Shown: positions 28,456 through 43,404, counted from the stretch's first letter. The stretch is DNA of 64,000 nt from Eledone cirrhosa (GCA_964016885.1 OZ024753.1:10478001-10542000), one strand, 5' to 3'. Made by a program: numbers and translations. The notes: generated by a model not told the origin, from the letters alone.

Positions 28456-28553
28456 TATATATAATATAAATGTAAGCATGTCTTCTCATTTACACATACT
28501 CACTCCCATATACACACACATATATATATATACACACATATATACACACACAT

Positions 28554-28616
<63 letters not shown>

Positions 28617-28856
28617 AGAAAGAGATAGGATTGAACTAATACCTAGTTATTAAAAAAAGTAATTTCTATTATCAACAACCCCCCCGCTGAAATATTGGAA
28701 TATTCGATATAAATGTTTAAAACACGTGATCTGGAAGTTCTTTCTTTTTTATTAGTCTTCCAAAGCAGTAACTAAACACTACCCAAACTGTAGACCGAGA
28801 GAATAGAAACCGAAGCTAATAGTTTGCCTAACATTAGTTGTAGAGAGCTTTGCTAT

Positions 28857-30323
28857 ATGATGAATTGTCACAGTTGTGTTAATCTTACTGAAGATACTCC
28901 ATATGAAGTCGATATCTCTTCAGTTAAAACTGATACCAATAATGTTAATTGTTTTTATACCAACACTCAAGAAGAAATGAATGAACTGCAATCTCTTGTT
29001 GGTAACCCAAGGGAAATAAAAGATTTTCTCTACCAACAAATGGAAGCCAAACTTCAAATAGTTGACGAAAAAAAAGTCAAATTAAAAGAAAATATTTCGG
29101 CAATACGTGTTTTTATTGATGATATTCTTAAGACAAAAGAAGAGGAAACGGTTAACGAGTTAAATAAAACGCGGGACAAATTGGAAAACATATTAAAAAC
29201 AAGACTAACTCAAAGTGAACAAATGGTACAGAAACATTTTAACTCTTTGGAAGATTTAACTGAGTCAAGTGAGAAATGTTTGGGAAATCCACGTCTTATT
29301 GACTGCCAACAACTCACTAAAGACTTTCAAATCTTTAGACTTTTCGATGACTTGGAATTACAGTTCGATATCGACAAACGGTTCCATATGGCGTTAGTAG
29401 GATTAAATAATTTCCCATTAGGACGGGTAACAATTGTAGAATCAAATGGCTACAATAATAAAGATTTACAGACACGGTCAAAGGATACGGATATTCAGAA
29501 ACTCCGTGAAATGATAAAAGAACTTAAAAACAAACATTACAGATACAGGGAAAACATAACGAATAACACCGAAAACAATTGTGCAACTGAAGACTTGCAA
29601 CAAATGCTTGACAGCAAGCCTCTATCTTATAATCCGTTCACAAGTGTTACATCGAATAACACTTCAAGTGAAATAATTTCTGATCCGATCTCCACAGACG
29701 TAGATCCTTCGCCACGTATTGAATCCTTACAGGATAACGTTACATTAAACAGAAACACCCCTACTGCGAGACACTCATCTAAACTCACTAAATATGCATC
29801 GAGGTTCCGCAGCTTCATGTCTTCTTTTCGAGAGTGCAGCAAACGTGAAATTGATAGAGAATTAATAGACACTACCAATAGCAAATCGTTGCTTACTAAC
29901 AGAAAACCTACCACTATGCGGCATTTGTCTTCTCCATTAAAAGACGATTCAAACGATATTGAACCTTCGATTTATTTAAACAAAATTGAATCAGATAACA
30001 AAGAAACTATCGAGGTTAAGGAGCAATTAACTGAGGACTTAGAAAACGAAAACGTAAAAAGCCCTTCTTTACTAGAGGCTACAGCATTTGGTGATGTTTG
30101 TAAAGATGAAGTGGAGGAGGTCTTTCATACAAACAGCTTTCCTAACTGGTTATCTTCCATTCCAAGATCTCCTAACAAAGTGGCAGTCTTCTCCGGAAAA
30201 GCACCAGATGAAGCGAATTGCTGGCTTACAGACGTGGTTTTACTCCCTGGCAGTGAATATATCATTGTGTTTGATGCAATGAACAAAAGCCTGAAAAAAT
30301 TCGACATATTAACAGGAAAATTT
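28857..30323 (+). CDS. Coding exon 1 of a TRIM-NHL-like protein (coiled coil, Ser/Thr-rich linker, first NHL blade)
   Basis: Long non-repetitive ORF (28824..30359). First in-frame ATG at 28857, in-frame TAG upstream at 28791, polypyrimidine-AG acceptor at 28755. Heptad-like region (QQMEAKLQIVDEKKVKLKENI...LNKTRDKLENILKTRL) and start of a propeller (WLTDVVLLPGSEYIIVFDAMNKSLKKFD). GTAAGT donor at 30324, phase 0. The 5' start is uncertain. Confidence 0.85.
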
Positions 30324-31702
30324 GTAAGTAAAAGACTTGAGTTCTTTATTTATTTTTAATTTATAATTAATCATGTATTTTTGGTTTACTAATTTCAATT
30401 ATAGGACTGCGTCCATACTTGGACACGGTCTTAAGAATTCCAGTCGATTATAGACCCGTATACTTTGTAATTATGTGGTCGTACTCATAAAATACAAAAT
30501 GGTCTTTTGTGTAAGAGGATAAAATTTACTGACATGTCACAAAATATTTCTGAGTACACCGATTTTTATTACACAGTTCCATCTAATAATCTTCACCCCT
30601 AAGGTGTGACTATGGTAGTAGATATTTGCCGAAGATGCCGCGAAATTAAATCGAAACCAGAACCAAACTGTTGCGAAGTGAATCTCACACCTACATACTC
30701 TAGTCTTACCTGTAACCATTTGTAAATACTCTATCAATAATTTCTTTTACCTGATTCTTTCTTTGTGCTGTCTTGTTTCGTTTGAAAATTTCTGTTCGGT
30801 TAAAATTGTCTAAACTCTGTAATGTTAATCTTTTCCTTAAATGGAGATGACAGAATTCATAAACTACGTGTCGTATTTTCATGTTGAAAGACAAACCTGT
30901 AACTTTATCATGTAAAATGAATTAAAACCCAGTAAGTTTTGACATCTTACTTGAAAATTGAGCTCGGCATTTTCTACTTTGATAAATGGCAGGCATTAAC
31001 ATAAGTGTGAGAAAGAAACGTTTGACTCGAATCTTTCTGTGTGACAAGTTTTGATGCTTTTAAATTTCGGTGAAATCTGAAAGCTATATTCCCTGATAAT
31101 TTTTATAGATAATTAAACAATTTTTCTAATTTTTTTTATTACTTTTCCTCGCAAAAATACATTAGGGCTTACTTTCTGGGTAGGGTGGGTTGGGTTTATA
31201 TTGGACAGCCAAAAGTAAAAAGAAAATGCTTCGTCTGATTTTATTTTTAAATTTTATTAAGTATCTATTTCAATTTAACTTTATGGTATGTGTGTAAATG
31301 TTACGTTCCAATGAGTATCACCCACCTCCTAACTTACCCTCCGGCACTTGGCCCTGGTCAACAGGATTAATATATTGGCCCAAACGACAAGGAAGACGCA
31401 CTGGGACAGCCACTCCACTTCGCGGGGCTCGCACCCACGGATAGCCAACTTAGCTCAGATGCTAGGGGCCCAAGAACGGGTCAGGAATTCTCCACTGCTA
31501 TAGGCTAAATTTCTAAATGAGGTTTATTTTTTTAACATAGTCCCTGGGAAGAAACAATGAAGTTATTAAGTTAGAATTAATTCATGCAAGATTTCACAGC
31601 TCTAACGTTAATCCTTCATAGTCAGCCAATGAAATGTTTAGCCGGCCCTCGTATGTTGTTACCGGATATACTAATTTTAAATTATTTGTATTATCGTTAA
31701 AA

Positions 31703-32140
31703 TTGACAGAATCGGTAGAGCGTCGGACAGCTTGCTTCGCAGCATAGTTACGTTTCTTTACGGTCTGAGTTCAAATCCCGCCGAGGTTAACTTTGCCTTT
31801 CATCCTTACAGGGTCGATAAAATAAAGTATCAGTAATACACTGGGTCGATTTAATCTACTTTCCCCTCCCCTCAAATTACTGGCGTTGTGCCTATACTAG
31901 AAATCATTATTTAAATGAGATAAGGGAGGAGTATTGGCAGAATTAGAATCGTAAAGTGTCGGACAACATGCTTTGCGGCATACATTTACGGTCCTTTATA
32001 ATTTGTGCTCAAATCTAGCCGAGGTTAGCTGAACCTTTCATCCTTACAGGGTTGATAAAATACAGTACTGGGGTCGATTTAATCGACTTTCCCCCCTCTC
32101 CCCAAATTGATGGCCCTCTGCCTAAAGTAGAAATCATTAT
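31703..32140 (+). mobile_element. Two intronic SINE family 1 copies (long variant)
   Basis: Within the NHL gene intron. Carry the extra GGGTCGATTTAATCGACTTTCCC segment. Confidence 0.82.
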
Positions 32141-32206
32141 TAAAATTATCAAAATTGTTGGCCTTGTGCAAAAATCAAATCATTATTATCATTATTATTA
32201 TTACAG

Positions 32207-32884
32207 TTAGACAGAATTCGCCTCCATTCAGAAAAGAGCAATATCTGTTTATTTTCTTCAACTGAAATTGCTGCGACTCAACCGGAAATGAAGAAAATCG
32301 TCTTCGTATCTTATTCCGCCGACAATCTTGAAATCAATGGAGAAATAATTACTGACAAGAAGTATTGTGGGATTGCTAGTATTACCAAGAAGCGGCTAGT
32401 ATGTTCAGTTTCTTTTGAAATGTGTATTGATATATTATCATGTGATGGTATATTATTGATCTCCATCAAACTGTGCACATTAAACACCAAAGAATATTTC
32501 TTCCCTGGGTATTTAGCTGCTTCAGAAGATGGTGATATCTTAATTTCTGATAGTGTCAACAAGTGCGTCCTATGTGTCAACATTTCTACAGTTACTGTGA
32601 AATTTTCTTACTACGGCGATGAAGACGACAGTTTCTTAACTTGGCCAGCAGGGGTCGCTGTTGATAATAAAGGTCGTACCTATATAGCTGATTGTTTTAA
32701 AAGTAAAATTCATATGTTGACATCTGAAGGAAAATTCGATCGATTTTTTATATCTGAAGGTGATGGTGAAGATAAATATCGAGCTATTGATGTGAGTGAT
32801 CACATGCTTGTAACAACCTGTTACAGCAAATCTGATATTGGCGTTTATCTCCTGTCACAACAACTCAAACTTCCTGGTTTGTGA
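32207..32884 (+). CDS. Terminal coding exon of the TRIM-NHL-like protein (NHL repeats)
   Basis: Acceptor TTACAG ends at 32206. Phase 0 joins ...LTGKF to LDRIRL... in frame with ORF 32288..32884. NHL motifs FPGYLAASEDGDILISDS and WPAGVAVDNKGRTYIADC. Stop TGA ends 32884. Spliced product is about 714 aa. Confidence 0.9.
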   Translation, partial: LDRIRLHSEKSNICLFSSTEIAATQPEMKKIVFVSYSADNLEINGEIITDKKYCGIASITKKRLVCSVSFEMCIDILSCDGILLISIKLCTLNTKEYFFPGYLAASEDGDILISDSVNKCVLCVNISTVTVKFSYYGDEDDSFLTWPAGVAVDNKGRTYIADCFKSKIHMLTSEGKFDRFFISEGDGEDKYRAIDVSDHMLVTTCYSKSDIGVYLLSQQLKLPGL

Positions 32885-32947
32885 ATCTGAACTTTGTTTT
32901 ACTTTTTTTAACTTAAGATTTGTTAATTTTCAATGAAATATTATTTC

Positions 32948-32953
32948 AATAAA
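32948..32953 (+). promoter_or_regulatory. Putative polyadenylation signal
   Basis: AATAAA 64 nt after the stop codon of the NHL exon. Confidence 0.5.
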
Positions 32954-33715
32954 GAAAATATTACTTTGATTTACAACAAAGTTTGTCCTTCAATATTTAT
33001 TAAGTAATAAAGATGTAATATTTGATATTATCGTAGTTTTATTTAAATTCTTGATAGGGAAAAACTTTTTAATTCACTAAAGTCAAGCAGTGGAGACTTC
33101 TGGTGTCCTTGGCCTTAGGACCAAATCCCTACCCACCTCTATCGATACAGAGTTGGCTACCCGCTGGTTTGAGCCTCGCGAGATGGAGTGGTTCTAACAA
33201 CGCGTCTCCCCCACCATACTCCGGGACCGCAGGGCCCACATTTGCTTATAATAGTGAGATGGGAAGAGCTGGAGAGACGGAGGCAGGGACTGTACAAGCA
33301 TTGCTGAAGTATTTTGTAGAGTGAAAGGTTAAGAGTGTTCGTGAAATACGTTAAACAGTTGTGAATCGCACAATCCCACTCGCTGTCCTTTTAAACAATT
33401 TGCACTTTATTTTTTATTTAAGAAATAAATGTTTGATAGCTGGTGAGCTAATAAAACTGATAATATACCTCTTGGGATGTACTAACATTGATAAAGTTTT
33501 ACTTTATTAAAAATACTCGAATAACGAATTTTGTTTAATTTATTTTGAGAAAAGAAATCAGCTGAGTAAGTAGATATGAAAATAGAAATTTAAAAACTTC
33601 TCACCCTCCCTCCTCTCGTTATAATTTGTATGGATGGATGGATGGATGGAAGAAAGCGTCAGTGGGTGCGTAGACATGAAATATTTCATGGTCTCTTTGA
33701 AATCACATCATTTAA

Positions 33716-33922
33716 CTCTTTATCATTTAAACCGGTTGTACCCAGCCAGAATTCTCTCACCTATTTCTGTCCAACTCGGCCGTAACTGGTCACTTATACC
33801 GATATTAGGGTATTGTTCTGAACATAAATATCGATCTCAGATTCAGTATTGAGATATTATGAGGTAAATCTATTACTGTAAACATATGAAAGTAAATATA
33901 GAGTAATGTAAATGCTAAAGGG
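33716..33922. mobile_element. piggyBac-like MITE
   Basis: TTAA-CTCTTTATCATTTA ... TAAATGCTAAAGGG-TTAA: imperfect TIRs with TTAA target sites. Confidence 0.7.
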
Positions 33923-34112
33923 TTAAAGGGGCAGAAAGCGGGAAGTACAGTGTTAAAAAGAAGGAATATATTACCTTAATAGGGAGTCGTGTAAAAGCGG
34001 GTAATACGTAGAATTAGTTCTGTCGGTCGTCTTTTGTCCCTTTTTTTGTCATTTGATGAGATATTATGTGAGATAAAGCCTTTACCGCGAAAATACAATA
34101 GTATATATAAAA

Positions 34113-35590
34113 TAATATTCTACTTTTGGCACAAGGCCAGCAATTACCCCAGTGCATTACTGGTACTTTATTTTATCGACCCCGTAAGGATGAAAGGCAA
34201 AGTTAACCTCCGTGGGATTTGAACTCAGACTGTAATGGGCCGTAACTCTATGCTGCAAAACTTAGCGTCCAATCCTCTACCGTAAATGCAAAAGGGTTAA
34301 GGCCCTAATGAAGATGTGAAAAACAAGATCTTCCAGAATCTGAGAAACGATACAACATGAAAACATCTTTATTTGTTTTACAATAAAACGATATTTCCCA
34401 TTGTACACGAAATACGATTTTGTCTCCAGAGTCGCATCAATCTTCTAAAGTTTACCGAAACCGAAAGGAAAAAGATGCAAAATTAAACTCGGTGAGAATC
34501 GAACTCGGAATACAACGGGCTTCAACTAAATGTGGCAACATATTTTATTGCTTGCATTAACAGACGGAGGGGGGTGAATTAGCAGTATCGGTAGAGCCAT
34601 GGTGAACATGCTTTACGGCATATAGTTACGGCCCTTTACGTTCTGAGTTCAAATCCCACCGAGGTTAGCTTTGCCTTCCATCCTTATGGGGGGGTCGATA
34701 AAATAAATTACCTGTAACGTGCTGGGGTCGATTTAATCGACTTTCCCTTCTCCCCCCCCCCACCAAATATAGTAGAAACAATTATCTGTAAAGACATTGG
34801 TTAATGGAGGTGGCGGAGGTGGTGGTTGTTACCATGGTGAGGGTGTGAAACCTAGTTACCATTATCGGTAGAGCTTCAGACATCATGTATTATGGTACAT
34901 AGTTACGGCTCTTTACGTTCTGAGTTCAAATCCCACCGAGGTTGACTTTGCCTCTCATCCTTACGGAGGTCGATAAAATAAAGTACCAGTAATACACTGG
35001 GGTAATTGCTGGCCTTGTGCCAAAAAGTAGAAACAATTATTATCGGTAGAGCGTCAGATACCATACTTTACGGCATATAGTTACGGCCCTTTACGTTCTG
35101 AGTTCAAATCCCGCCGAGGTTAGCTTTTCCTTTCATTCTTACGGGGGTCGATAAAATAAAGTACCAGTAACGGACTGGTGTCGATTTAATCGACTTTCCT
35201 TCCCTTTCCCCTCAAATTGCTGGCCTTGTGCCTATATAAGAAACCATTATTCTATGATTGACAGAATCGGTCGAGTCGGACGCCATGATTATCAGCATAT
35301 AGTTACGGTCCTTTATAATCTGAGTTCAAATCCCACTGAGGTTGGCTTTGCCTTTCATCTTTACAGAGTCGATAAAGCGCAAGTAACGTACTGGGGTCGA
35401 TTTAATCGACTTTCCCTAACCCCCAAATTACTGACCTTGTGCCTATACTAGAAATCATTAATTCGAAGATGAAAAAGAAGCGGTTGGTGGATTGAAAGCA
35501 GCGGTAGAGCATCAGACAACATGCTTTGTGGCATAGAGTTACGACTTCCCCCCCCCCCCCCCCCCAAATTGCTGGCCTTGTGCCTATATC
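34113..35590. mobile_element. Cluster of about 6 SINE family 1 copies (first on -, rest on +)
   Basis: Copies start near 34113(-), 34572, 34863, 35042, 35257 and 35485. Confidence 0.85.
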
Positions 35591-36959
35591 AAACTATTAA
35601 CATGCAGTCATGCGCCGGTGCCGTTGTAAATTAAATGTATTTATTAAATCCACACAATATATTTTAGACGCTTATTCTATAGAATTTAATTTTGTTCATA
35701 TTTATTTAATTTTCTTCATATTTATTTGATTTTGTTCATATTTATTTGATTTATTTGAAATTTTTACACAAGACTTTAATTTCCTGCTTTGTTTTATTTT
35801 AGTTTAATTATTTTATAATTTATAAATTTATTAACCATTCATCAGGAATTAATTTTTATGTTTTATGAGCAACCGATATCTCATAGGAATACATTCACAC
35901 TCACACACACTCACACACATTCACACACATTCACACTCACTCACACACATTCACACTCACTCACACACATTCACACTCACTCACACACATTCACACTCAC
36001 TCACACACATTCACACTCACTCACACACATTCACACTCACTCACACACATTCACACTCACTCACGCACATTCACGCACACTCACGCGCGCTCACTCACTC
36101 ACTATCCGGCTCTCTCTCGCTCTATCCGGCTCTCTCTCGCTCTCGCTCTCGCTCTCTCTCTCGTTCTCTCTCTCGTGCTCTCTCTCGCTCTCTCTCGCTC
36201 TCTCTCGCTCTCTGTCGCTATATCGCTCTCTCGCTCGCTCTCTCTATCGCTCTCTGTAAGAGACTACTGTACTATACCAGGGAGAGTACTCAATGCATAG
36301 AGAGATGTAGAGTGGGTGTAGAGATAGGTAAAATCCGGACCGTGGCGCCAAGCAGTCGGGATCTGACCCCTCACTCTTTCTATATACACACACAAACATA
36401 TATATGTCAACGTGGCTCTCATGGATATACAGCTTGACACAGTGTTTGAAAAGGGTGGCCATTTGAACCACGGGTACAACTCATTTTTAACAGCTGAATG
36501 GGCTGGAGTAAACGTAAAATAAAATGACTTACTTGCTCAAGGTTGCAATGCGCTGCCAGGAATAGAACTTACGACCTTGCAATAGTGAGCTGAACACTAC
36601 AACCACTAAGCCACGTACCTTCACTAGATATAACTTAAGGCTTACGACTCGTGCTAGGCTGGTTATTACCGAATGTACTCAAGAACTATAGGGTGTCCCC
36701 TAAAATCTGAACACAGGAAATATCACTATTTATATGCAACTATAATTTTGAGGCGGCAAATTGGCAAAATTATTAGAACGTCGGATAGAATGTTGTGCAG
36801 TATTCGTTCCGGCTCTGAGTTGAAATCCCGCTGAGGTCATCTTTTCCTTTCATCCTTTCGAGGTCGATAAATAAAGTACCAGACTAGTACTGAGATCGAT
36901 TCTTCCTCTACCTTTTTCATTTCCAATCTCTCACTTTCTATCTTTCTCTGGAAGAAATC

Positions 36960-37395
36960 TACTGTATTCTGACCTGGCTCCACCAGGCTTAAAATGCCGA
37001 AGAAACGCCGAATGTCAATACAGTGCCCCTACGACTCTATCAACAGTTACGGGACCATACATAATACCAGTCTAATACTGGGGTCGATTCTTCCTCTATA
37101 TCTCTTTCTCACTGCTGTATTCAGGCCTAGAGAGGGACCGGCTCCGCCAGGTTTAAAATGCCCAAGAAACGCCGAATGTCAATACAGTGCCCCTACGACT
37201 CTATCAGCAGTTACGGGACCATACATAATACCAGTCTAATACTGGGGTCGATTCTTCCTCTATCTCTCTTTCTCACTGCTGTACTCAAGCCTGGAGAGGG
37301 ACCGGCTCCGCCAGGTTTAAAATGCCCAAGAAACGCCGAATGTCAGTCACTACGGCGCTCCTACGACTTTATCAGGAGTTACGGGACCATACCAT
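36960..37395 (+). repeat. 164-bp tandem repeat, about 2.7 copies
   Basis: ATGCC.AAGAAACGCCGAATGTCA at 36994, 37158 and 37322. Confidence 0.85.
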
Positions 37396-37829
37396 ACCAT
37401 AATTGTATCGCTACCATAGATTAAATCTGAGTTTGTCGAAAGAAGAGAGGATTAAACTAATATTTCTCAGTAGACGTGAAGGGTTGTTATTTCGAAAGAG
37501 ATCCGATGCAGGTCCTCCAAGAAGGACCCCCAATTGGCTTATGCAGACTTTAGGGACTCTGTGTGGTTAAGTTATAAACTGGAACGTCTGTTGCACAATA
37601 CTCTTTTCCTGAAAATAAACCAAAATTAAATTAATAAACTAAAGAAATGAATTAATAAAAATGTAAAAATTGGAATCAGTTAATCTTTTTCTTATTTAAT
37701 TTCCTAAATAAAAAAGAAAGAGGGTGAAATATTGAAGTTTTTAAAATATCTTCGTCTCAAATATAATCTTAAGTCTTTCTATGGCATAAAACTGGATAAT
37801 GTGAAACTGATACCAATTAATGTGCGCAT

Positions 37830-40800
37830 GCACACATACGTGTGTGTATATATATATATATGTGTGTGTATATATATATGTGTGTGGATATATATGTGTG
37901 TGTATATATGTGTGTGTATGTACGTGTGTGTGTGTGTATGTACGTGTGTGTGTGTGTGTGTATGTACGTGTGTGTGTATGTACGTGTATATGTGTGTGTG
38001 TGTGTATATATGTGTGTGTATGTGTATATATATATATGTATGTGTGTGTATGTATATATAATCGTGTGTGTATATGTGTGTGTGAGTGTATGTGTGTGTG
38101 TATATGTTTATTTATATGTATGTGTATGTTTGAATGTGTATATATATATGTATGTATATATATATGTATATATATATGTATGTATATATATATGTATATA
38201 TATATGTATATATATATGTATATATATATGTATATATATATATATATGTATATATATATGTATATATATATGTATATATATATGTATATATATATGTATA
38301 TATATATGTATATATATATGTATGTATGTATATATGTATGTATGTATATATATATGTATGTATATATATATGTATGTATATATATATGTATGTATATATA
38401 TATGTATGTATATATATATGTATGTATATATATATGTATGTATATATATATGTATGTATATGTATATGTATGTATATGTGTGTATATATATATGTATATG
38501 TGTGTATATATATATGTATATGTGTGTATATATATATGTATATGTGTATATATATATGTATATGTGTGTATATATATATGTATGTGTGTGTATATGTATA
38601 TGTATGTGTGTGTATATGTATATGTATATGTGTGTATATGTATGTGTGTATATATATATATATATGTATATGTGTGTATATATATATATGTATATGTGTG
38701 TATATATATATATGTATATGTGTGTGTATATATATATATGTATATGTGTGTGTATATATATGTGTGTATATATATATATGTATATGTGTGTATATATATA
38801 TATGTATATGTGTGTATATATATATATGTATGTGTGTATATGTATATATGTATGTGTGTATATGTATATGTATATGTGTGTATATATATATGTATATGTG
38901 TGTATATATGTATATGTATATGTGTGTATATATATATGTATATATGTATATGTGTGTATATATATATGTATATATGTATATGTGTGTATATATATATGTA
39001 TATATGTATGTGTGTATATATATATGTATATATGTATGTGTGTATATATATATGTATATATGTATATGTGTGTATATATATATGTATATATGTATATGTG
39101 TGTATATATATATGTATATATGTATATGTGTGTATATATATATGTATATATGTATATGTGTGTATATATATATGTATATATGTATATGTGTGTATATATA
39201 TATGTATATATGTATATGTGTGTATATATATATGTATATATGTATATGTGTGTATATATATATGTATATATGTATATGTGTGTATATATATATGTATATA
39301 TGTATATGTGTGTATATATATATGTATATATGTATATGTGTGTATATATATATGTATATATGTATATGTGTGTATATATATATGTATATATGTATATGTG
39401 TGTATATATATATGTATATATGTATATGTGTGTATATATATATGTATATATGTATATGTGTGTATATATATATGTATATATGTATATGTGTGTATATATA
39501 TATGTATATATGTATATGTGTGTATATATATATGTATATATGTATATGTGTGTATATATATATGTATATATGTATATGTGTGTATATATATATGTATATA
39601 TGTATATGTGTGTATATATATATGTATATATGTATATGTGTGTATATATATATGTATATATGTATATGTGTGTATATATATATGTATATATGTATATGTG
39701 TGTATATATATATGTATATATGTATATGTGTGTATATATATATGTATATATGTATATGTGTGTATATATATATATGTATATATGTATATGTGTGTATATA
39801 TATATATGTATATATGTATATGTGTGTATATATATATATGTATATATGTATATGTGTGTATATATATATATGTATATATGTATATGTGTGTATATATGTA
39901 TATGTGTGTATATATATATGTATATATGTATATGTGTGTATATATATATGTATATATGTATATGTGTGTATATATATATGTATATATGTATATGTGTGTA
40001 TATATATATGTATATATGTATATGTGTGTATATATATATGTATATATGTATATGTGTGTATATATATATGTATATATGTATATGTGTGTATATATATATG
40101 TATATATGTATATGTGTGTATATATATATGTATATATGTATATGTGTGTATATATATATGTATATATGTATATGTGTGTATATATATATGTATATATGTA
40201 TATGTGTGTATATATATATGTATATATGTATATGTGTGCATATATATATGTATATATGTATATGTGTGTATATATATATGTATATATGTATATGTGTGTA
40301 TATATATATGTATATATGTATATGTGTGTATATATATATGTATATATGTATATGTGTGTATATATATATGTATATGTGTGTATATATATATGTATATATG
40401 TATATGTGTGTATATATATATGTATATATGTATATGTGTATATATATATATGTATATATGTGTATATATATATATGTATATATGTATATGTGTGTATATA
40501 TATATGTATATATGTGTATATATATATATGTATATATGTATATGTGTGTATATATATATGTATATATGTATATGTGTGTATATATATATGTATATATGTA
40601 TATATATGTATATGTGTGTATATATATATGTATATATGTATATATATGTATATGTGTGTGTATATATATGTGTATATATGTATATGTGTGTGTATATATA
40701 TATGTATATATGTATATATATGTATATATGTATGTGTGTATATATATATGTATATGTGTATATATATATGTATATATGTATATGTGTGTATATATATGTG

Positions 40801-43032
40801 TGTATATATATGTGTGTGTATATATGTGTGTGTGTGTATATATATATATATATGTATGTGTGTGTATATATGTGTATGTGTGTGTATATATATGTATATG
40901 TGTGTATATATATGTATATGTGTGTATATATATGTATATGTGTGTGTATATATATGTATGTGTGTGTGTATATATATGTATATGTGTGTGTATATATATG
41001 TATGTGTGTGTGTATATATATGTATGTGTGTGTATATATATATGTATATGTGTATATATATGTCTGTATATATATGTCTGTATATATATATATGTATATG
41101 TGTGTATATATATGTATGTGTGTATATATATATATGTATGTGTGTATATGTATGTGTGTGTATATATATATATATGTGTGTGTGTGATATATATATGTAT
41201 GTGTATATATATGTATATGTGTATATGTATATGTGTGTATGTATATGTATATGTGTGTATGTATGTGTGTGTGTATATATATGTATGTGTATATATATAT
41301 GTATGTGTATGATTGTGTGTGTATATATGTATGTGTATATAGATATGTGTATATATATATATGTATGTGTGTAGTGTATATATATATATATATATGTATG
41401 GTGTGTATATAATGTATATGTGTGTATAGTATATATGTATGTGTATATATGTATATATGTATGTGTGTATATATATATATATGTATGTGTGTATATATAT
41501 GTGTGTGTATATATATATGTATGTGTGTATATATATATATGTATGTGTGTATATATATATGTAATGTGTGTATATATATATATGTATATGTGTGTGTATA
41601 TATATATATGTATATGTGTGTATATTATAGATATGTATTGTGTGTATATATATATATATGTATATGTGTGTATATATATATGTATGTGTGTATATATATA
41701 TATGTATGTGTGGTGTATATATATGTATGTGTGTGTATATATAGTGATATGTGTTGTGTTATATATGTGTATATGTGTGTATATATATATGTGTATCTGT
41801 GTGTATCATATAATGTGTGTATATGTATATGTGTGTGTATATGTGTATATATGTATATGTGTGTATATGATGTGTGTATATATGTGTATATGTGTGTGTA
41901 TATATATGTGTATGTGTGTGTGTAATGTATATGTGTGTATATATTATGTATGTGTGTATATATGTGTATATGTGTGTATATATGTATGTATGTGTGTGTA
42001 TATATATATGTATGGTGTGTGTATATATATGTGTATGTGTGTGTATATATATGTATATGTGTGAGTATATATATGTGTGTGTGTATATATAGTATGTGTG
42101 TGTGTGTGGTGTATATATGGTGTATGTGGTGTGTATATATATGTAATATGTGTGTGTGTATATATGTGTATGTAAGGTGTGTATATAGTATGTGTGGTGT
42201 GGTGTGTGTTTAGAGTGTGATGTGTGTGATGTGGTGTGGGATAGTGTGATTGTGTATGGGTAGTGTGTGTGAGGTGTTAGAGGTGTGTGTGTGTTCGTGG
42301 GTGGTGTGATGAGAGTGTGGTGAGTGTGTGAGGTGTGGGAGGAGTGTGTGTGTGTGTGGGAGTGGGGGGGTGTGTGTGAGTGATAGGGTGTGGGGGGTGT
42401 GTGAGAGTGTGTGGGTGTGGGGGGTGTGTGTGAGTGTGTGTGGTGTGGGGGGGTGGTGTGTGTGTGGTGTGGGGGGTGTGTGTGTGGGGGAAGGGTGAGG
42501 GGGGTGTGTGTGTCGTGGGAGTGGGGGGGGGTGAGTGTGTGTGTGTGTGGGTGTGGGGGGGTGGTGGTGTGAGGGGGGGGTGTGTGTGTGTGGGGGGGGT
42601 GTGTGTGTGTGTGTGTGGGGGGGGTGTGTGTGTGTGTGTGGGTGTGGGGGGGTGTGTGTGTGTGTGGGTGGGTGGGGGTGTGGGGGGGTGTGTGTGTGTG
42701 GGGTGGGTGGGGGTGTGGGGGGGTGTGGTGTGTGTGGGTGGGTGGGGGTGTGTGGGGGTGTGTGTGTGTGTGGGTGGGGGGGTGTGTGTGTGGGGGTGTG
42801 TGTGTGTGTGGGTGTGGGGGGGTGTGTGTGTATGGTGGTGTGGGGGGCGAGTGGGTGTGGGGGGGTGTGTGTGTGGGGGTGTGTGTGTGGGGGGTGGTGT
42901 GTGTGTGGGGGGGGGGTGAGTGTGGGTGTGGGGGGGTGTTTGTGTGGGTGTGGGGGGGTGTATGTGTGGGTGTGGGGGGGTGTGTGGGTGGGGGGGTGTG
43001 TGGGTGGGGGGGTGTGTGGGTGGGGGGGATGT
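37830..43032. repeat. 5.2-kb compound (TA)/(TG) microsatellite with a homogeneous 30-bp core
   Basis: TGTATATGTGTGTATATATATATGTATATA repeated over ~39030-40370. Becomes G-rich next to the gap. Confidence 0.95.
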
Positions 43033-43232
43033 NNNNNNNNNNNNNNNNNNNNNNNNNNNNNNNNNNNNNNNNNNNNNNNNNNNNNNNNNNNNNNNNNNNN
43101 NNNNNNNNNNNNNNNNNNNNNNNNNNNNNNNNNNNNNNNNNNNNNNNNNNNNNNNNNNNNNNNNNNNNNNNNNNNNNNNNNNNNNNNNNNNNNNNNNNNN
43201 NNNNNNNNNNNNNNNNNNNNNNNNNNNNNNNN
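43033..43232. other. Assembly gap (200 N)
   Basis: Run of N. Confidence 1.
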
Positions 43233-43404
43233 AGGTGCCATCTGGTCTTAAAAGTGTCTTTAAAGGAGAGAAACAACAACAAAATAAATATAAGAAAAAC
43301 ACAACAACAACAACAAGAAAAACACTAAAAATCCATCAAAAGAATTCATATCATGTAATATTAATTCAATGTTTTAAAATCCATTTTTATCCAATTTCAT
43401 TCAG

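Noticed and set aside
37820-41374. Very long ORFs (up to 1184 aa) rich in Y/I/M/C/V, and similar ones at 9332-11039, 15241-16173, 22924-23900, 55398-56359 and 59287-61276
   Set aside because: Translations of TA/TG/CA microsatellites that lack stop codons; open in most frames on both strands.
42200-43032. G-rich GT/GGG tract as a G-quadruplex or telomere-like feature
   Set aside because: Gradual drift in composition ending at an assembly gap looks like low-quality contig-end sequence. No TTAGGG units.
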